A stretch of 64,000 bases of DNA from an uncultured delta proteobacterium. GTDB taxonomy: Bacteria > Desulfobacterota > Binatia > UBA9968. Below are positions 1-10,283 of the stretch, in pieces. Made by a program: the position numbers and the translations under genes. The stretch is taken from contig CAVYTU010000014.1 in NCBI GenBank assembly GCA_963771465.1, forward strand, positions 1-64,000, given 5' to 3'. Under the pieces are notes generated by a model that saw nothing but the letters and a program-made list of their open reading frames with translations, was not told the origin of the DNA and made no database searches. Position 1 is the first letter of the stretch; each line of letters begins with the position of its first letter.

Positions 1-401
1 ATCCACCCAGGTATCCTGCTTCAGTGCCGCCACCGTGCCAAACGGAAGAGCGATCAAGATCGCTGCCGCAGTCGCCATCAACGCCAATTGCAAGCTCAGC
101 TCAAGACGTATTTTAATCTCATCGGTAATCGGCCGGCCGGTCCACATCGAAGTCCCGAAGTCGAAACGAACGATGCCCCAAATCCAAACAACGAGCTGAT
201 GCCACAGCGGCTTGTCTAGTCCCAACTGCGCGCGCTCTCGCTCGATCGCTTCCCTCGAGGGCGCAAACGTACCGCTACCCGCATACTTAAGAGCTCGACG
301 ACATCACCTGGCGCCACGCGCAGCATGACAAAAACCAGCAACGCCACGCCGAACAGCGTTGGCACCATTAGCAGCAAACGCTTGAGAATGTAGGACCCCA
401 T
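1..401 (-). CDS. Peptide/nickel ABC transporter permease (DppB/OppB-like), runs off the window start, frameshift near 285-295
   Basis: N-terminus MGSYILKRLLLMVPTLFGVALLVFVMLRVAPGD; another frame continues KYAGSGTFAPSREAIERERAQLGLDKPLWHQ...FDFGTSMWTGRPI...LKQDTWVD, typical of DppB. Confidence 0.85.
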
Positions 402-409
402 TTTCTAGC

Positions 410-512
410 GGATCGAAGATGAGAGGATGGACGATGGAGGATCGAATAAAGACGATCGAAATTCGCGGGATAGCGAGTCGCCATCCTCAATCATCGATCC
501 TCCATCCTCGAC
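410..512. repeat. Imperfect palindrome with 7-nt periodic arms (GAGGATG / CATCCTC type), copy 1
   Basis: Left arm gagaggatggacgatggaggatcga, right arm ccatcctcaatcatcgatcctccatcctcga; related copy at 34044-34133. Confidence 0.8.
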
Positions 513-524
513 CTTTCATCCAAG

Positions 525-1351
525 CTACTGCGCTACCCACACGTCGCGCAAATCCTGATTGACGTAATGGCTCGGGCCGATCTTCCAACCCTTGAGCCGC
601 TCATGATGCGGTACGATCCTTTGCCACCAGAGGACTGGGAATTGATAGTTTTGCTCGGCGAACACGAGCCTTTCGATTTGGCGGAGCAGCGGCCGGCGGT
701 CTTTGACGTCGAGCATGCGGCTTTGCCTTTCGTACAACTCATCGATCGCCGGGTCTTTGTAACGGGCATAGTTGATCGGGCTCTTGTCGCTGCTCAAATA
801 CTTGACCAAATACAAATCCGGCTCGTCCATAAACTCGCACATGAAATCGATGCCGGCGTCAAAATTGCCCTGGCGAAAATCATTGAAATACGCACCGCTT
901 TCCTGCGGCGTATGCGTGACGACCATCGCGTAGGAAGCTTTCCGAGCACTCGCGACTCCTTCGGCAGGAAAAATAATTTTGTCATAGGTCGCCTTGACAT
1001 CCTGCGCCGTGAGCGGCGTGCCGTCGTGAAACTTGATGCCCTTGCGTAGCTTGAACGTCACGGTCAGGCCATCCTTGGAAGCCGACCAGCGCTCGGCGAC
1101 GTCGCCGATGATTTTCGGATAGTTATGGGGATCGAAACGGAGCAAGGTGCTGTAGTGCGGCGCGATCGGATGAAGCATCGCAAAAGTGGTCTCGCGGTGG
1201 CCGTCGAATGACGGCGGTGTTTCGGCGACGGCAAAGACCAATTCACCGCCGGCACGCGGCGCTTCCGCGGCAACCGCGCCGAAGGACGCAATGAACAGCA
1301 GCGTGATTATGGTCAATAACAACTTCGACCCATGACGGAGCATGCTCATAC
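525..1351 (-). CDS. Peptide ABC transporter substrate-binding protein (family 5) with a large apparent internal deletion; start approximate
   Basis: Signal peptide, GGELVFAV, GDVAERWSASKDGLTVTFKLRKGIKFHDG; jumps at ARKASYAMVV|THTPQESGAY directly to the C-terminal region; about 275 aa versus about 500+ usual. Confidence 0.8.
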
Positions 1352-1521
1352 TTGGAATGCTTAGCATCGCAATCTCCTTATCCGGCTTCTGCAAGACTTG
1401 GGCTTCGAGCGAAAATACGGGAATCGTCGTCGCAAAGTCAAGGTAATCGCGAGCCATCCGATTATGGCCGCGGCGCCACTTGACGCTCACCGCGCATCTG
1501 CCCTACTCTCGGCCGCAGTTT

Positions 1522-3330
1522 ATGTTGCTTCGTACCGCTTCGAGACTCCTGCCGATTCGCTTGTGCATCCTCTTACTGTGCTGCGCGGCGCCTTTCGCGT
1601 GCTCGACGCATCGCAGCGCCGTTACATCATCGGCCGACTCGGCGAAACTCGACAGGATTTTCGAAGAATACTTCGAAGCTTATCTAAAACTCTTTCCCAC
1701 TTTCGCCAGCGAGATCGGCGACCGCCGCTACGATGACCAGTTGGAAATCGCCATCGGCGAAAACCATATCGCAGGACAAAAAGAGTTGGCGGCGCGCACC
1801 CTCGCGGAACTCGACCAGGTCGACCCAAATCATCTCGATGCGCAAAGGCAATTATCGCTAAGCTTGCTCCGCTACAACCTCGAAGACGTGCTCGAAGGCT
1901 TAAAGTTCCCACAGCCATTGTTGCCGGTGCGCCAGCTTGCCAGCCTGGCTGTAGAATTTCCGTTGTTCGCTTCCGGCAGTGGCATTCATCCATTCAAGAC
2001 CGTCACTGATTACGAGAATTTTTTGAAGCGCATCCAACTATTCGACTCATGGATCGATACTGCGATCGCCAATATGCGTCGGGGTGTCGCGATGAACATC
2101 GTTCAGCCGCGCCCAGTCATCGAGCGCACGCTACCGCAACTTGAAGCGATGATCGTGAGCGATGCCAAAGCCAGTCTTTTTTACCGTCCGATCTCGCAGT
2201 TACCAGCAAGTTTCAGCGCCGCCGATCAGCAACGACTGACGCGCGCTTATGTCGACACGATCGAACAGATCTTGCTTCCCGGTTATCGCCGGCTGGCCGA
2301 ATTTCTCCGCAATGAATACTTAGCGCAAACGCGCAAATCCTTCGCTTGGTCGGAACTTCCCAACGGCAAAGCATGGTACGACTATTGGGTTCGAAACCAG
2401 ACCACGACGGAGCTAACAGCGGATGAGATATTCACCCTCGGAGAAAAAGAAATCGAGCGCATCAAACTCGAAATGGAGCGCTTGCGCCGCGCCAGCGGCT
2501 TTCAAGGCACGCTCAGCGAATATGCGCGCGATCTTTCCGAGAAAGCGCCGCGCGGATACTCAAGCCGCGCCGATCTGATCAAGGGCTACGAAGAAATTCG
2601 CCGCGCGATCACGCCGCACCTCGCCAAACTCTTCGGACGGATCCCCAAGTCGCCGTTCGAGATCAGAACCATCGAGGCGTACCGCGAGCAATCCGCGCCA
2701 TCGCAATATTGGTCCGCTACGCCGGATGGCTCTCGTCCCGGCATCTTCTATGTCAACGCGCGCGGCATTGAAACGAACCCGCGCCGAGTCTCGGAACCGC
2801 TATTTCTCCACGAAGCGATACCAGGGCACCATTTCCAGATTTCCATCCAGCGCGAGCAGAGCGCCATGCCGGGCTTCCAACGCTTTGGCGATTACACCGC
2901 GTTCACCGAAGGCTGGGCGCTCTATGCTGAAAGCCTTGGTGCCGAGCTTGGATTGTACAGTGATGCAAGCCAGCGCTTTAGCCGCTTGAACTCAGAACTA
3001 TTTCGCGCGGTTCGATTAGTCGTCGACGTCGGCTTACACCGAAAGGGCTGGAGCCGCGAACAAGCGATCAAGTTCATCATCGACACCACCGGCGGCGGCG
3101 AGAGCGGCGCTAGTTTGGAAGTCGACCGTTACATCGCGTTCCCCGCTCAAGCGCTCGGCTACAAGATCGGTCAGCTCAAAATTGCCGGGCTTCGCGCTAA
3201 AGCCGAGGCCGCTTTCGGCGCCAAGTTCGACATCCGCGCATTTCACGACGAGTTGCTCAAAGACGGCGCGCTGCCGCTAAGCATCCTCGAAGCCAAGATG
3301 GACCGCTGGATCGCGAACAGCGCGCGATGA
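1522..3330 (+). CDS. DUF885 family exported protein (putative metallopeptidase)
   Basis: About 600 aa, signal-like N-terminus with Cys, motifs HEAIPGHHFQ, EGWALYAE, LVVDVGLH, QALGYKIG. Confidence 0.9.
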   Translation: MLLRTASRLLPIRLCILLLCCAAPFACSTHRSAVTSSADSAKLDRIFEEYFEAYLKLFPTFASEIGDRRYDDQLEIAIGENHIAGQKELAARTLAELDQVDPNHLDAQRQLSLSLLRYNLEDVLEGLKFPQPLLPVRQLASLAVEFPLFASGSGIHPFKTVTDYENFLKRIQLFDSWIDTAIANMRRGVAMNIVQPRPVIERTLPQLEAMIVSDAKASLFYRPISQLPASFSAADQQRLTRAYVDTIEQILLPGYRRLAEFLRNEYLAQTRKSFAWSELPNGKAWYDYWVRNQTTTELTADEIFTLGEKEIERIKLEMERLRRASGFQGTLSEYARDLSEKAPRGYSSRADLIKGYEEIRRAITPHLAKLFGRIPKSPFEIRTIEAYREQSAPSQYWSATPDGSRPGIFYVNARGIETNPRRVSEPLFLHEAIPGHHFQISIQREQSAMPGFQRFGDYTAFTEGWALYAESLGAELGLYSDASQRFSRLNSELFRAVRLVVDVGLHRKGWSREQAIKFIIDTTGGGESGASLEVDRYIAFPAQALGYKIGQLKIAGLRAKAEAAFGAKFDIRAFHDELLKDGALPLSILEAKMDRWIANSAR

Positions 3331-3342
3331 GACCGTCCGACA

Positions 3343-3426
3343 TCACCACGAAGATCACAAGGACACGAAGGTTTCGGAACACTAAGACTCCGAAGTTCGT
3401 GCTCTTCGTCTCCTTAGGTGGTGAAA
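3343..3426. repeat. Palindromic element with about 9-nt periodic arms (CACGAAG / CTTCGTG), copy 1
   Basis: tcaccacgaagatcacaaggacacgaagg-ttcgga...tccgaa-gttcgtgctcttcgtctccttaggtggtgaaa; close copy at 6022-6095. Confidence 0.85.
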
Positions 3427-3501
3427 TCCTATTTTCCGGTTACCTAATCCGCGCCCCAGATGCATTCGAAACCCCAGCGGTTTACAATAGGACTTCAAAC
3501 C

Positions 3502-4455
3502 ATGCGCGCCGAGATTTGCACCCTGGAAGAGTCCTTATCACCGCTGCGTCGGCGCCGACTGGCGTCGCCACGAACCATGACCGGCAATGAGCGCCGTTGG
3601 ATGAATCCCAATCGCGGCATTATGAAACGCTGCGAGCGTTACGCGGATATTTTCATCTCACGTTTTTGTTATCCCCTGCTTGGCCGGGTTTGGCATCCTT
3701 ACAGCTGGCTCCTGGAACGAAACTTCGAGGTTGCCGAGGCGAAGCTTTCGCCGGCACGCTGGCCGCCTGGCATGCCGTCCCTCCGCGTGCTTTTGATCAC
3801 CGATATCCACGCCGGGATTTTTTTGCGGCCCGAGACCTTGGGTCACATCGTTATTGAATTGATGAAACTGAAGCCCGATATCGTCATCATTGCCGGCGAC
3901 CTAGTGACTGGCCATGTGAGGGAAGTAAGGCAGATTTTGGCCATGCTGGCGCCGCTCGCCAAGGCGCCGCTGGGCGCCTGGTTCTGCTTCGGCAATCACG
4001 ACTATTTTGGCGGCGATCCCAACGAGCTGCATAAAGATCTCGCCGGCATCGGCATCGCGACGCTCAATAACGACAGCACGATCATCCGCCACGGCGCCGG
4101 CAGTTTCGTTCTCGGCGGCATCGACGACCGCATCATGGGAAACCCGAACTGGGAGGGCCTGCTCGCCAAGCACGGCGCGCCTCATTTGCTCCTATCGCAT
4201 AACCCCGATCATTTTTACGAAGCCGAATCGCGCGGCGTGGCGCTGACCTTATCGGGCCATACCCACGGTGGTCAGATTCGCTTCGCCAACGGTCCGGCGA
4301 TCATCCGCCAAAGCCGTTACTGTCTCGACGAAGGTTTGTTCGCTTATCGGGAATCGCTGCTGGTCGTGTCTCGCGGCTTGGGCAGTATTGTTTTACCGTT
4401 TCGCTGGGGCGCCGATCCCGAGGCTGTGTTACTCGAAATCACTCCGCCAAGTTGA
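3502..4455 (+). CDS. Calcineurin-like metallophosphoesterase (YkuE-like)
   Basis: Motifs TDIH, GDLV, GNHD, SHNPD, GHTHGGQ, VSRGLG. Confidence 0.9.
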   Translation: MRAEICTLEESLSPLRRRRLASPRTMTGNERRWMNPNRGIMKRCERYADIFISRFCYPLLGRVWHPYSWLLERNFEVAEAKLSPARWPPGMPSLRVLLITDIHAGIFLRPETLGHIVIELMKLKPDIVIIAGDLVTGHVREVRQILAMLAPLAKAPLGAWFCFGNHDYFGGDPNELHKDLAGIGIATLNNDSTIIRHGAGSFVLGGIDDRIMGNPNWEGLLAKHGAPHLLLSHNPDHFYEAESRGVALTLSGHTHGGQIRFANGPAIIRQSRYCLDEGLFAYRESLLVVSRGLGSIVLPFRWGADPEAVLLEITPPS

Positions 4456-5945
4456 TGGGATCGGCGAGATGAGCTTTTACTTCGCCGGCGTCTGACGATG
4501 CTCGCTCTGTGCGTTGCGTGACTTTCCGCTAGGGGTGTTGTGACCTTCATCTCGCCGCGCAACGCCGAGGTAAAGAGCGCGATCACCGTCAGCACGATCG
4601 CCGCCAGAAAAGTCGTGTTGAGCGCGGCGACGAAGCCAAGCGGATTCGCCGTCGTCAAGGTCGCCGCCGTCACGCCGGTATAGTGCTCGAAGGCGAGCGA
4701 CATGCATAATCCGCCGAGCGCAACGCCGAAGACGTTGCCGAAACCGAAGGTCACATGATTCATCGCCGAGGCAAAGCCGCGGTGCTCCTTCGGCATCATG
4801 CTGATCATCGCCGTCGAATTCGCCGGGTTGAAAATACCGTTGGTCACCGCGCCAATAACAACCAACATCGCCGGCATCAGCCAATGCGAATCGACGCGCA
4901 AAAAGCCGCCGACGGCCAACGACACGATCATAAAGCTCACGCCGAGCGTTGCCGGAATGCGCGGGCCGAGGCGATCCGAAAGATAACCGCTCAACGGCGC
5001 AAAGGCGACGGTCAGGACCGACGGCGCCATGAAAAGCAGACCGATCTTCGTCGGCGACAGATGAAGAATATCCTGCAAGTAGAACGGCAACAGAAAGCCG
5101 GTAAGCGAATAGCACATCGCGACAATCAGCAAACTCACAACGCTGAAGCTAAAGCGGCGGATTTTGAATAATTGCAGATTGACGAACGGATTTTTTGTGC
5201 GCGACTCATGGACCAAAAACACCGCGAGCGTGACAAAAAACCCCACGGTCAGAAACAATTTAGCTGAGCCACCGATAATCTCTTCGGTGCGTCGGTCAAA
5301 GATGAAGACGAGGATGCTGGTGACGGCAAAAAGCAACGCTGCACCAAAGTAATCGATGGAACCGGCATGGAGCGGCCGCTCGGGCGGATGCCGCTTCCAG
5401 TTCATCAACGCCAGAATAGTGCCGGCAATTCCCACCGGTACCAAAAGAAAAAAACTCCAGCGCCAACTATAGTAGTCGATCATCACGCCGCCGATGCCGG
5501 GGCCGAGAATAAATCCGACATGATGCGCCGTCGTCATAAAGCCCTGCGCTCTGCCGGCTAAATCTTCGGTCACCGACTCCGCCGCCAGCGCCCGGCTCGA
5601 CGACTGTAGCATCGCACCGCCCACGCCTTGGACGAAGCGCGCGATAATCAGCTGCAACACGGTTTGGGAAAAGCCGCAAAGCAACGAGCTCAGCGCGAAG
5701 ACAAAGAAGCCGAGCGCGAACATCTTCTCCCGCCCCCAGAGATCGGATATACGGCCGAAAACGACGGAAAGCCCGATGTTCGACAGCTGATACGAAAGCA
5801 GCGCCCAAGAAATGCCGAGCAAATCCGTGCCCAAACTCTCGGCCACCGTCGGCATGGAGATCGAAACGATGCGCGTCGCGGTGCCGGAAAAAAATGTTCC
5901 TAACAGCGCGGTAGCAAGGAGAAGATAGTTGATGCGCGATTCCAC
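4344..5945 (-). CDS. MFS transporter, DHA2 (14-TM) type; true stop possibly 4477 if a late frameshift is present
   Basis: GRISDLWGR motif A, RFVQGVGG, many TM segments; the tail overlaps the convergent gene by about 110 bp while an alternative frame stops at 4477. Confidence 0.88.
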   Translation of the reverse strand: MESRINYLLLATALLGTFFSGTATRIVSISMPTVAESLGTDLLGISWALLSYQLSNIGLSVVFGRISDLWGREKMFALGFFVFALSSLLCGFSQTVLQLIIARFVQGVGGAMLQSSSRALAAESVTEDLAGRAQGFMTTAHHVGFILGPGIGGVMIDYYSWRWSFFLLVPVGIAGTILALMNWKRHPPERPLHAGSIDYFGAALLFAVTSILVFIFDRRTEEIIGGSAKLFLTVGFFVTLAVFLVHESRTKNPFVNLQLFKIRRFSFSVVSLLIVAMCYSLTGFLLPFYLQDILHLSPTKIGLLFMAPSVLTVAFAPLSGYLSDRLGPRIPATLGVSFMIVSLAVGGFLRVDSHWLMPAMLVVIGAVTNGIFNPANSTAMISMMPKEHRGFASAMNHVTFGFGNVFGVALGGLCMSLAFEHYTGVTAATLTTANPLGFVAALNTTFLAAIVLTVIALFTSALRGEMKVTTPLAESHATHRASIVRRRRSKSSSRRSHQLGGVISSNTASGSAPQRNGKTILPKPRDTTSSDSR

Positions 5946-6021
5946 GATGCAGCAATTCTTGATGGGGAATTTTTGAGTAATAGCGCCGAACCGACGTCAG
6001 AGCAAATAGACTCGGAAGGAC

Positions 6022-6095
6022 TCACCACGAAGGCACGAAGGACACGAAGGGTTCGGATAATTAAAACTCCGAACTTCGTGCCCTTCGTGGTGAAA
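6022..6095. repeat. CACGAAG-type palindromic element, copy 2
   Basis: tcaccacgaaggcacgaaggacacgaagggttcgga...tccgaacttcgtgcccttcgtggtgaaa. Confidence 0.85.
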
Positions 6096-6151
6096 AACTC
6101 TTTCACATTCGGTTACGATTCCGCCGCGCCAGGAGGCTTGGGGTTCATCGA

Positions 6152-7108
6152 TTACAAAACCCGCGCTAAAAACTTTTCCACTTCCCGCCGCCACAATTCA
6201 GGGCGCGCGTCGACGATCCGCATGTGCGGCACGCCAGAAAAGGCGACGAATCTCGCGTTGGTTCCCATCGCCGAGGCGATCGTGCGGGCTTCTTCCAGTG
6301 TAACCCGTTCGTCCTTCTCGCCGTGCAGGATCAAGGCTGGACTACCGGCCGAGCGCGCGTAATCGACTGGATTATGCGAGAAAAGGTTGAAACCATTCTG
6401 CACGCTGCCCCAGAAAAGCAATAACTCAGCGAACGGCCAACCCGACAACCGCATGGAGCGAAAACGGTTCTTGCCGGTGTTGAGCAAGGTATCGAATGTC
6501 GCCTCAATAATTACGGCATCCGGTTTAACTCCATTCACCGCGACGGCGCGCAACAACGCCGCGCCCCCCATGGAGATACCGTAGAGAACTATCTTTCGAT
6601 CCTTCCATGTCCGCCGAGCGTAATCGACAGTCGCCGCAACGTCGTCCGCCTCTTTCACGCCGATCGTCGTGCCGCTGCCGGAAGAGCCGCCGGAGCCATA
6701 GAAGTCGACTAGCAGCGCGCCGTAACCCAGTTCATGAAACACGCGCGCCGTAGTTAACAGCGACGATTTGCTCACGGCGTAGCCGTGAAACAGCAAAACA
6801 ACCGGACGATCTTCATTCCCTGGCACATACCAGGTTTCAAGTGTCGAACCACCTGGGCTAGCGAAGCGCTGCACCTGAAAATCTAGGTTGTACTTAGCCG
6901 GCGTGCTCAAGTTGCGTGGCCGCGGTATGTTCACACCCGAAACAATCACGCTGACTCGCTCAAACAGACTCAACTGTTCCGGCCGCGCCGTCCGTTCCCC
7001 ATCTTCTACAAAGCGCGTCATCGCCCGCGCTTGCATGAAGGCGAGAACATTTACACTGACGACGGCGCTAATCAAAGCCGCGACGAGAAGCTTAACCAAA
7101 CGCTTCAT
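6152..7108 (-). CDS. Alpha/beta hydrolase with N-terminal membrane anchor
   Basis: HGY oxyanion motif, GISMGG nucleophile elbow, HGEKD, GVPH. Confidence 0.88.
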   Translation of the reverse strand: MKRLVKLLVAALISAVVSVNVLAFMQARAMTRFVEDGERTARPEQLSLFERVSVIVSGVNIPRPRNLSTPAKYNLDFQVQRFASPGGSTLETWYVPGNEDRPVVLLFHGYAVSKSSLLTTARVFHELGYGALLVDFYGSGGSSGSGTTIGVKEADDVAATVDYARRTWKDRKIVLYGISMGGAALLRAVAVNGVKPDAVIIEATFDTLLNTGKNRFRSMRLSGWPFAELLLFWGSVQNGFNLFSHNPVDYARSAGSPALILHGEKDERVTLEEARTIASAMGTNARFVAFSGVPHMRIVDARPELWRREVEKFLARVL

Positions 7109-7303
7109 TCAAAAGGTCTTAGGCAACCGAATGACCGAGTTTTTTGCGTCTGAAGCTAGTGTTCGGGCACGAGCATGCTAGCGTCGCAAAAAATGACCCA
7201 TCGCCCGCCCGGCTCTCTTCTCAGAACCGTGAACGTATAATATATCCCGATCGGCGCATCGACGAACCGCCTTGCATCGGCGTGATGTCACCTTGCATCG
7301 CCA

Positions 7304-8572
7304 TCACTGCAGCGGCAACGTCATTAACTTTTGCTCCGGGAAAATCAAATGCTCGTGGCCGGTCTCTGTCACGGCGCAGGTGTATTCGACTTGCACCGTG
7401 CCCCAGCCGGCTTCATGATTCGAGGCTTCGAGGTTCATCGTCATACCGGGCTCGACGGGGATGTTGGTCGTGTTAGGGAGAAATGGATCGTCGACTTCTT
7501 CCGCCGGACCGAGGAGAAATGGGAACTCGCGCGCTTCTAATCCAATCGTGTGGCCGAGGAAGAAGTTGGAATAATTCGGCAGGCCGTTGGCGCGCACGCC
7601 GGCGATCATGGTTTCGTAGAGTTCTTGCGGGCGCACGCCCGGCTTGAGCGCTTCCACCGACTTCAATACGCCGGCCTGGATAGCGTCGTAGCGTTTGCGA
7701 TGCTCCGCCGTCGGCTCGGCGCCGACGCAGCCCGATTTGCACACGTCGGCATGATAGCCGTTGATGGAGCAACCCATGTCGACCCGGAAAATGTCGCCTT
7801 TCTGCAGCACGTTGTCTTTGAGGGCGGGAAAGTTGCCGCCGCGGCTCACCGCCATGTGCATCCAATAAATTTGTCCGCCGGCTTTGGCGATCTCGCCTTT
7901 GTAAATGCCCGCCAGCTCGTTCTCCGTCACTCTCGGGCGGCAGGCGTGTAACATTGCATTGATCGCCAGCTCGTTTAGCTCGGCGGCTTCTCGGAGCCGC
8001 TGAATTTCCTCGGGCGTCTTGATCATGCGCACGTAGCGGAAAAACATCGACGCCGGCAACAGCGTCGCCTTCGGCAGATTGGCACGGATCTTTTCAAACT
8101 GCGTGATCGGAACGGCGAAATGATCCATGCCAATACGCCCGTTACCCATACCTTTGTCCTGGATCAGTCGCGCCAACGCTTTCTCCGGCGTGAGCCCTTT
8201 CGAATCGCTGCCCGCGAGCTTCACCGTCCGCTGCTCGACCTGAGATAATTTGGCCATATCCGCAATATGCGGATTCCGCGGTCGGCCATAGATATTTTTT
8301 TCTTCGATCCATACCTCATCGAGCGACGCGTACCCAACATCGCCGCCGGGAATGAGCAGTGCTGGTTTTTGCGCCGGATCGCGCGGATAAACGACATAAA
8401 CCTGCGAGCCGCCGTAACGGTAGCCGTTCTGGCTCCACGACGCGTGGCCGCTCAGATAATAAATATTCTCCGGCGTCGCCGCGACCACCCCGGCGAGATC
8501 GTGCTTATCCATCAACGCCAGCAAACGATCCTTGTTATAAAGCATGAAAGACCTCCGATTATTTTCCGACAT
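7304..8572 (-). CDS. Xaa-Pro peptidase / creatinase (M24) family protein
   Basis: ENIYYLSG N-domain, RMIKTPEEI, metal ligands D(MG), D(VC), GH(TIG), E(AS), E(YT). Confidence 0.88.
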   Translation of the reverse strand: MSENNRRSFMLYNKDRLLALMDKHDLAGVVAATPENIYYLSGHASWSQNGYRYGGSQVYVVYPRDPAQKPALLIPGGDVGYASLDEVWIEEKNIYGRPRNPHIADMAKLSQVEQRTVKLAGSDSKGLTPEKALARLIQDKGMGNGRIGMDHFAVPITQFEKIRANLPKATLLPASMFFRYVRMIKTPEEIQRLREAAELNELAINAMLHACRPRVTENELAGIYKGEIAKAGGQIYWMHMAVSRGGNFPALKDNVLQKGDIFRVDMGCSINGYHADVCKSGCVGAEPTAEHRKRYDAIQAGVLKSVEALKPGVRPQELYETMIAGVRANGLPNYSNFFLGHTIGLEAREFPFLLGPAEEVDDPFLPNTTNIPVEPGMTMNLEASNHEAGWGTVQVEYTCAVTETGHEHLIFPEQKLMTLPLQ

Positions 8573-8598
8573 TTTCAATTATCAATTTTGAATTATCA
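8571..8598. repeat. Four 7-nt tandem units ATT(T/A)T(C/G)A
   Basis: attttca attatca attttga attatca fills an intra-operon gap. Confidence 0.7.
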
Positions 8599-8600
8599 AC

Positions 8601-10280
8601 CTAAACCCCGCCTTCCGAGCGCCACGGTCTCGGCTCCAGCGGCTTCACGGCGATCTCCAACAGCGCCGGCCCGGGATGCGCCAGCGCGCGCTTGAGCGCC
8701 GGTTTCAATTCCTCGGGCTTGTGAACCCGCTCACCGAAGGCGCCAAGCGCGCGCGCGACGCCGGCGTAATCGCCGCGCAAAGAAATGCCGATTTCATGCC
8801 CGTTGAAGCGCTCGTGCAACGTTTCGCGGCTCGCGCCCAAACTTTCGTTGTTGAGAATCACCGTCAGCGTGCGAATGTCGTTGCGCGCCGCGGTTTCCAT
8901 CTCCATGCCGGTCATGCCGAAGGAACCATCTCCGGTGAAATTCACCACGGTCTTATCGGGATTGCCGAGCTTGGCGCCGAGAGCCGCCGGCGTCGACCAG
9001 CCCATGGCGCTGGTGCCGCCGAAGCCGATAAAACCGAGCGGATTCAACGCTTCGTAGTGATGCGACACATAAGCGCGCGTCACGCCGGCATCGTGCAGCA
9101 AGATCGTTTTTTTGGGATCGAGCTGATGGGTCAGATCCCAACAGACGCGGTAAGGATTCAGCGGAATCTCATCGGAAGTCAGGCGCGGATTCCATGAGTC
9201 GAGCCATTTGTTTTTAAGCTCCTTGATCTCCGCCGCCACGTCCGTCGCCATGCCTTTGCGATAGGTGACGAGCTTCTCTTTGCCTTGCTGAAGCAAGGCG
9301 CGGAGGAAAAGCTGAATGTCGGAGAGAATCACCAGATCGGCGGGATAGTTTTTGTGCAGCTCGGCGGCATCGATGTCAACTTGCACCAGTTTCGCGTGCG
9401 CCGGTTTGGGTAACCAACTCGAAGTCGCGTGCTGGCGAAAGCTGCAACCGAGCGCAATCACTAAATCCGCCTCTTCGGCAAACTTGCGCGACTGCCCGGT
9501 GCTGTAAACCGCGCGCGGAAAACCGCCGAGGCCGAGACAGAGCGGATGATCTTCCGGCATCGCGCCTTTCGCCGGCAGAGTCGCCATCACCGGCAGCGCG
9601 TAGGTCTCGGCAACTTGCACGAGCGCATCCGTCGCCCCCGACCACAACGCGCCGCGCCCGACGTAAATCAACGGACGATTAGCGCTTTGGAGCAACTCGA
9701 TCAATTTATCGACATCGTCGGGATCAGGCCCGAAGCGCACGCGCCGGGTTTTTTGATAGGGCGGGATCTCCGCCTGCGCCATGCTGATGTCCTGCGGCAT
9801 TTCGATGATCACCGGCCCCGGCCGGCCGGAGCGCGCCAGCGTGAACGCCCGGCGAAACACTTCGGGTATTCGTTCCGGCGAGGGCACGCTGAAGGTCCAC
9901 TTGGCCATCGTCTGAAACGTGTCGAGATAGGGAACCTCCTGCAGCGCGCCTTTAGCCCATTGCTTGCGCGAGCTATGGCCGAAGATGACGACCAGCGGCA
10001 CGCAGTCGGTGAACGCGTTGACGATGGCGGTAAAGGCGTTACAGCGTCCCGGCCCTTTGGTCACCATCGCGACACCCACTTCGCCGGTGCTGCGCGCGTA
10101 GCCGTCAGCGATGTAAACCGTCGCCTGCTCGTGGCGCGTCAGAATCAACCGCACTTGGCCGTTCTGGTGCAGCGCATCGAAGATCGGCAAGATATCGTCG
10201 CCGGGCAACGTCGACACGAACTTCACGCCCTCGGTTCTGAGAATATCCACCAGCGCATCGGCAGCACGAGTCATGGGCAT
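8601..10280 (-). CDS. Thiamine diphosphate-dependent enzyme (acetolactate synthase superfamily)
   Basis: RHEQ, GYAR, GRPGPV, TGDGSFGM...NN ThDP motif. Confidence 0.9.
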   Translation of the reverse strand: MPMTRAADALVDILRTEGVKFVSTLPGDDILPIFDALHQNGQVRLILTRHEQATVYIADGYARSTGEVGVAMVTKGPGRCNAFTAIVNAFTDCVPLVVIFGHSSRKQWAKGALQEVPYLDTFQTMAKWTFSVPSPERIPEVFRRAFTLARSGRPGPVIIEMPQDISMAQAEIPPYQKTRRVRFGPDPDDVDKLIELLQSANRPLIYVGRGALWSGATDALVQVAETYALPVMATLPAKGAMPEDHPLCLGLGGFPRAVYSTGQSRKFAEEADLVIALGCSFRQHATSSWLPKPAHAKLVQVDIDAAELHKNYPADLVILSDIQLFLRALLQQGKEKLVTYRKGMATDVAAEIKELKNKWLDSWNPRLTSDEIPLNPYRVCWDLTHQLDPKKTILLHDAGVTRAYVSHHYEALNPLGFIGFGGTSAMGWSTPAALGAKLGNPDKTVVNFTGDGSFGMTGMEMETAARNDIRTLTVILNNESLGASRETLHERFNGHEIGISLRGDYAGVARALGAFGERVHKPEELKPALKRALAHPGPALLEIAVKPLEPRPWRSEGGV

Positions 10281-10283
10281 CAC

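Noticed and set aside
3327-6362. Similar short ORFs 3327-3590, 5973-6362 and 5900-6106
   Set aside because: The similarity comes from the CACGAAG DNA repeat, not from protein genes
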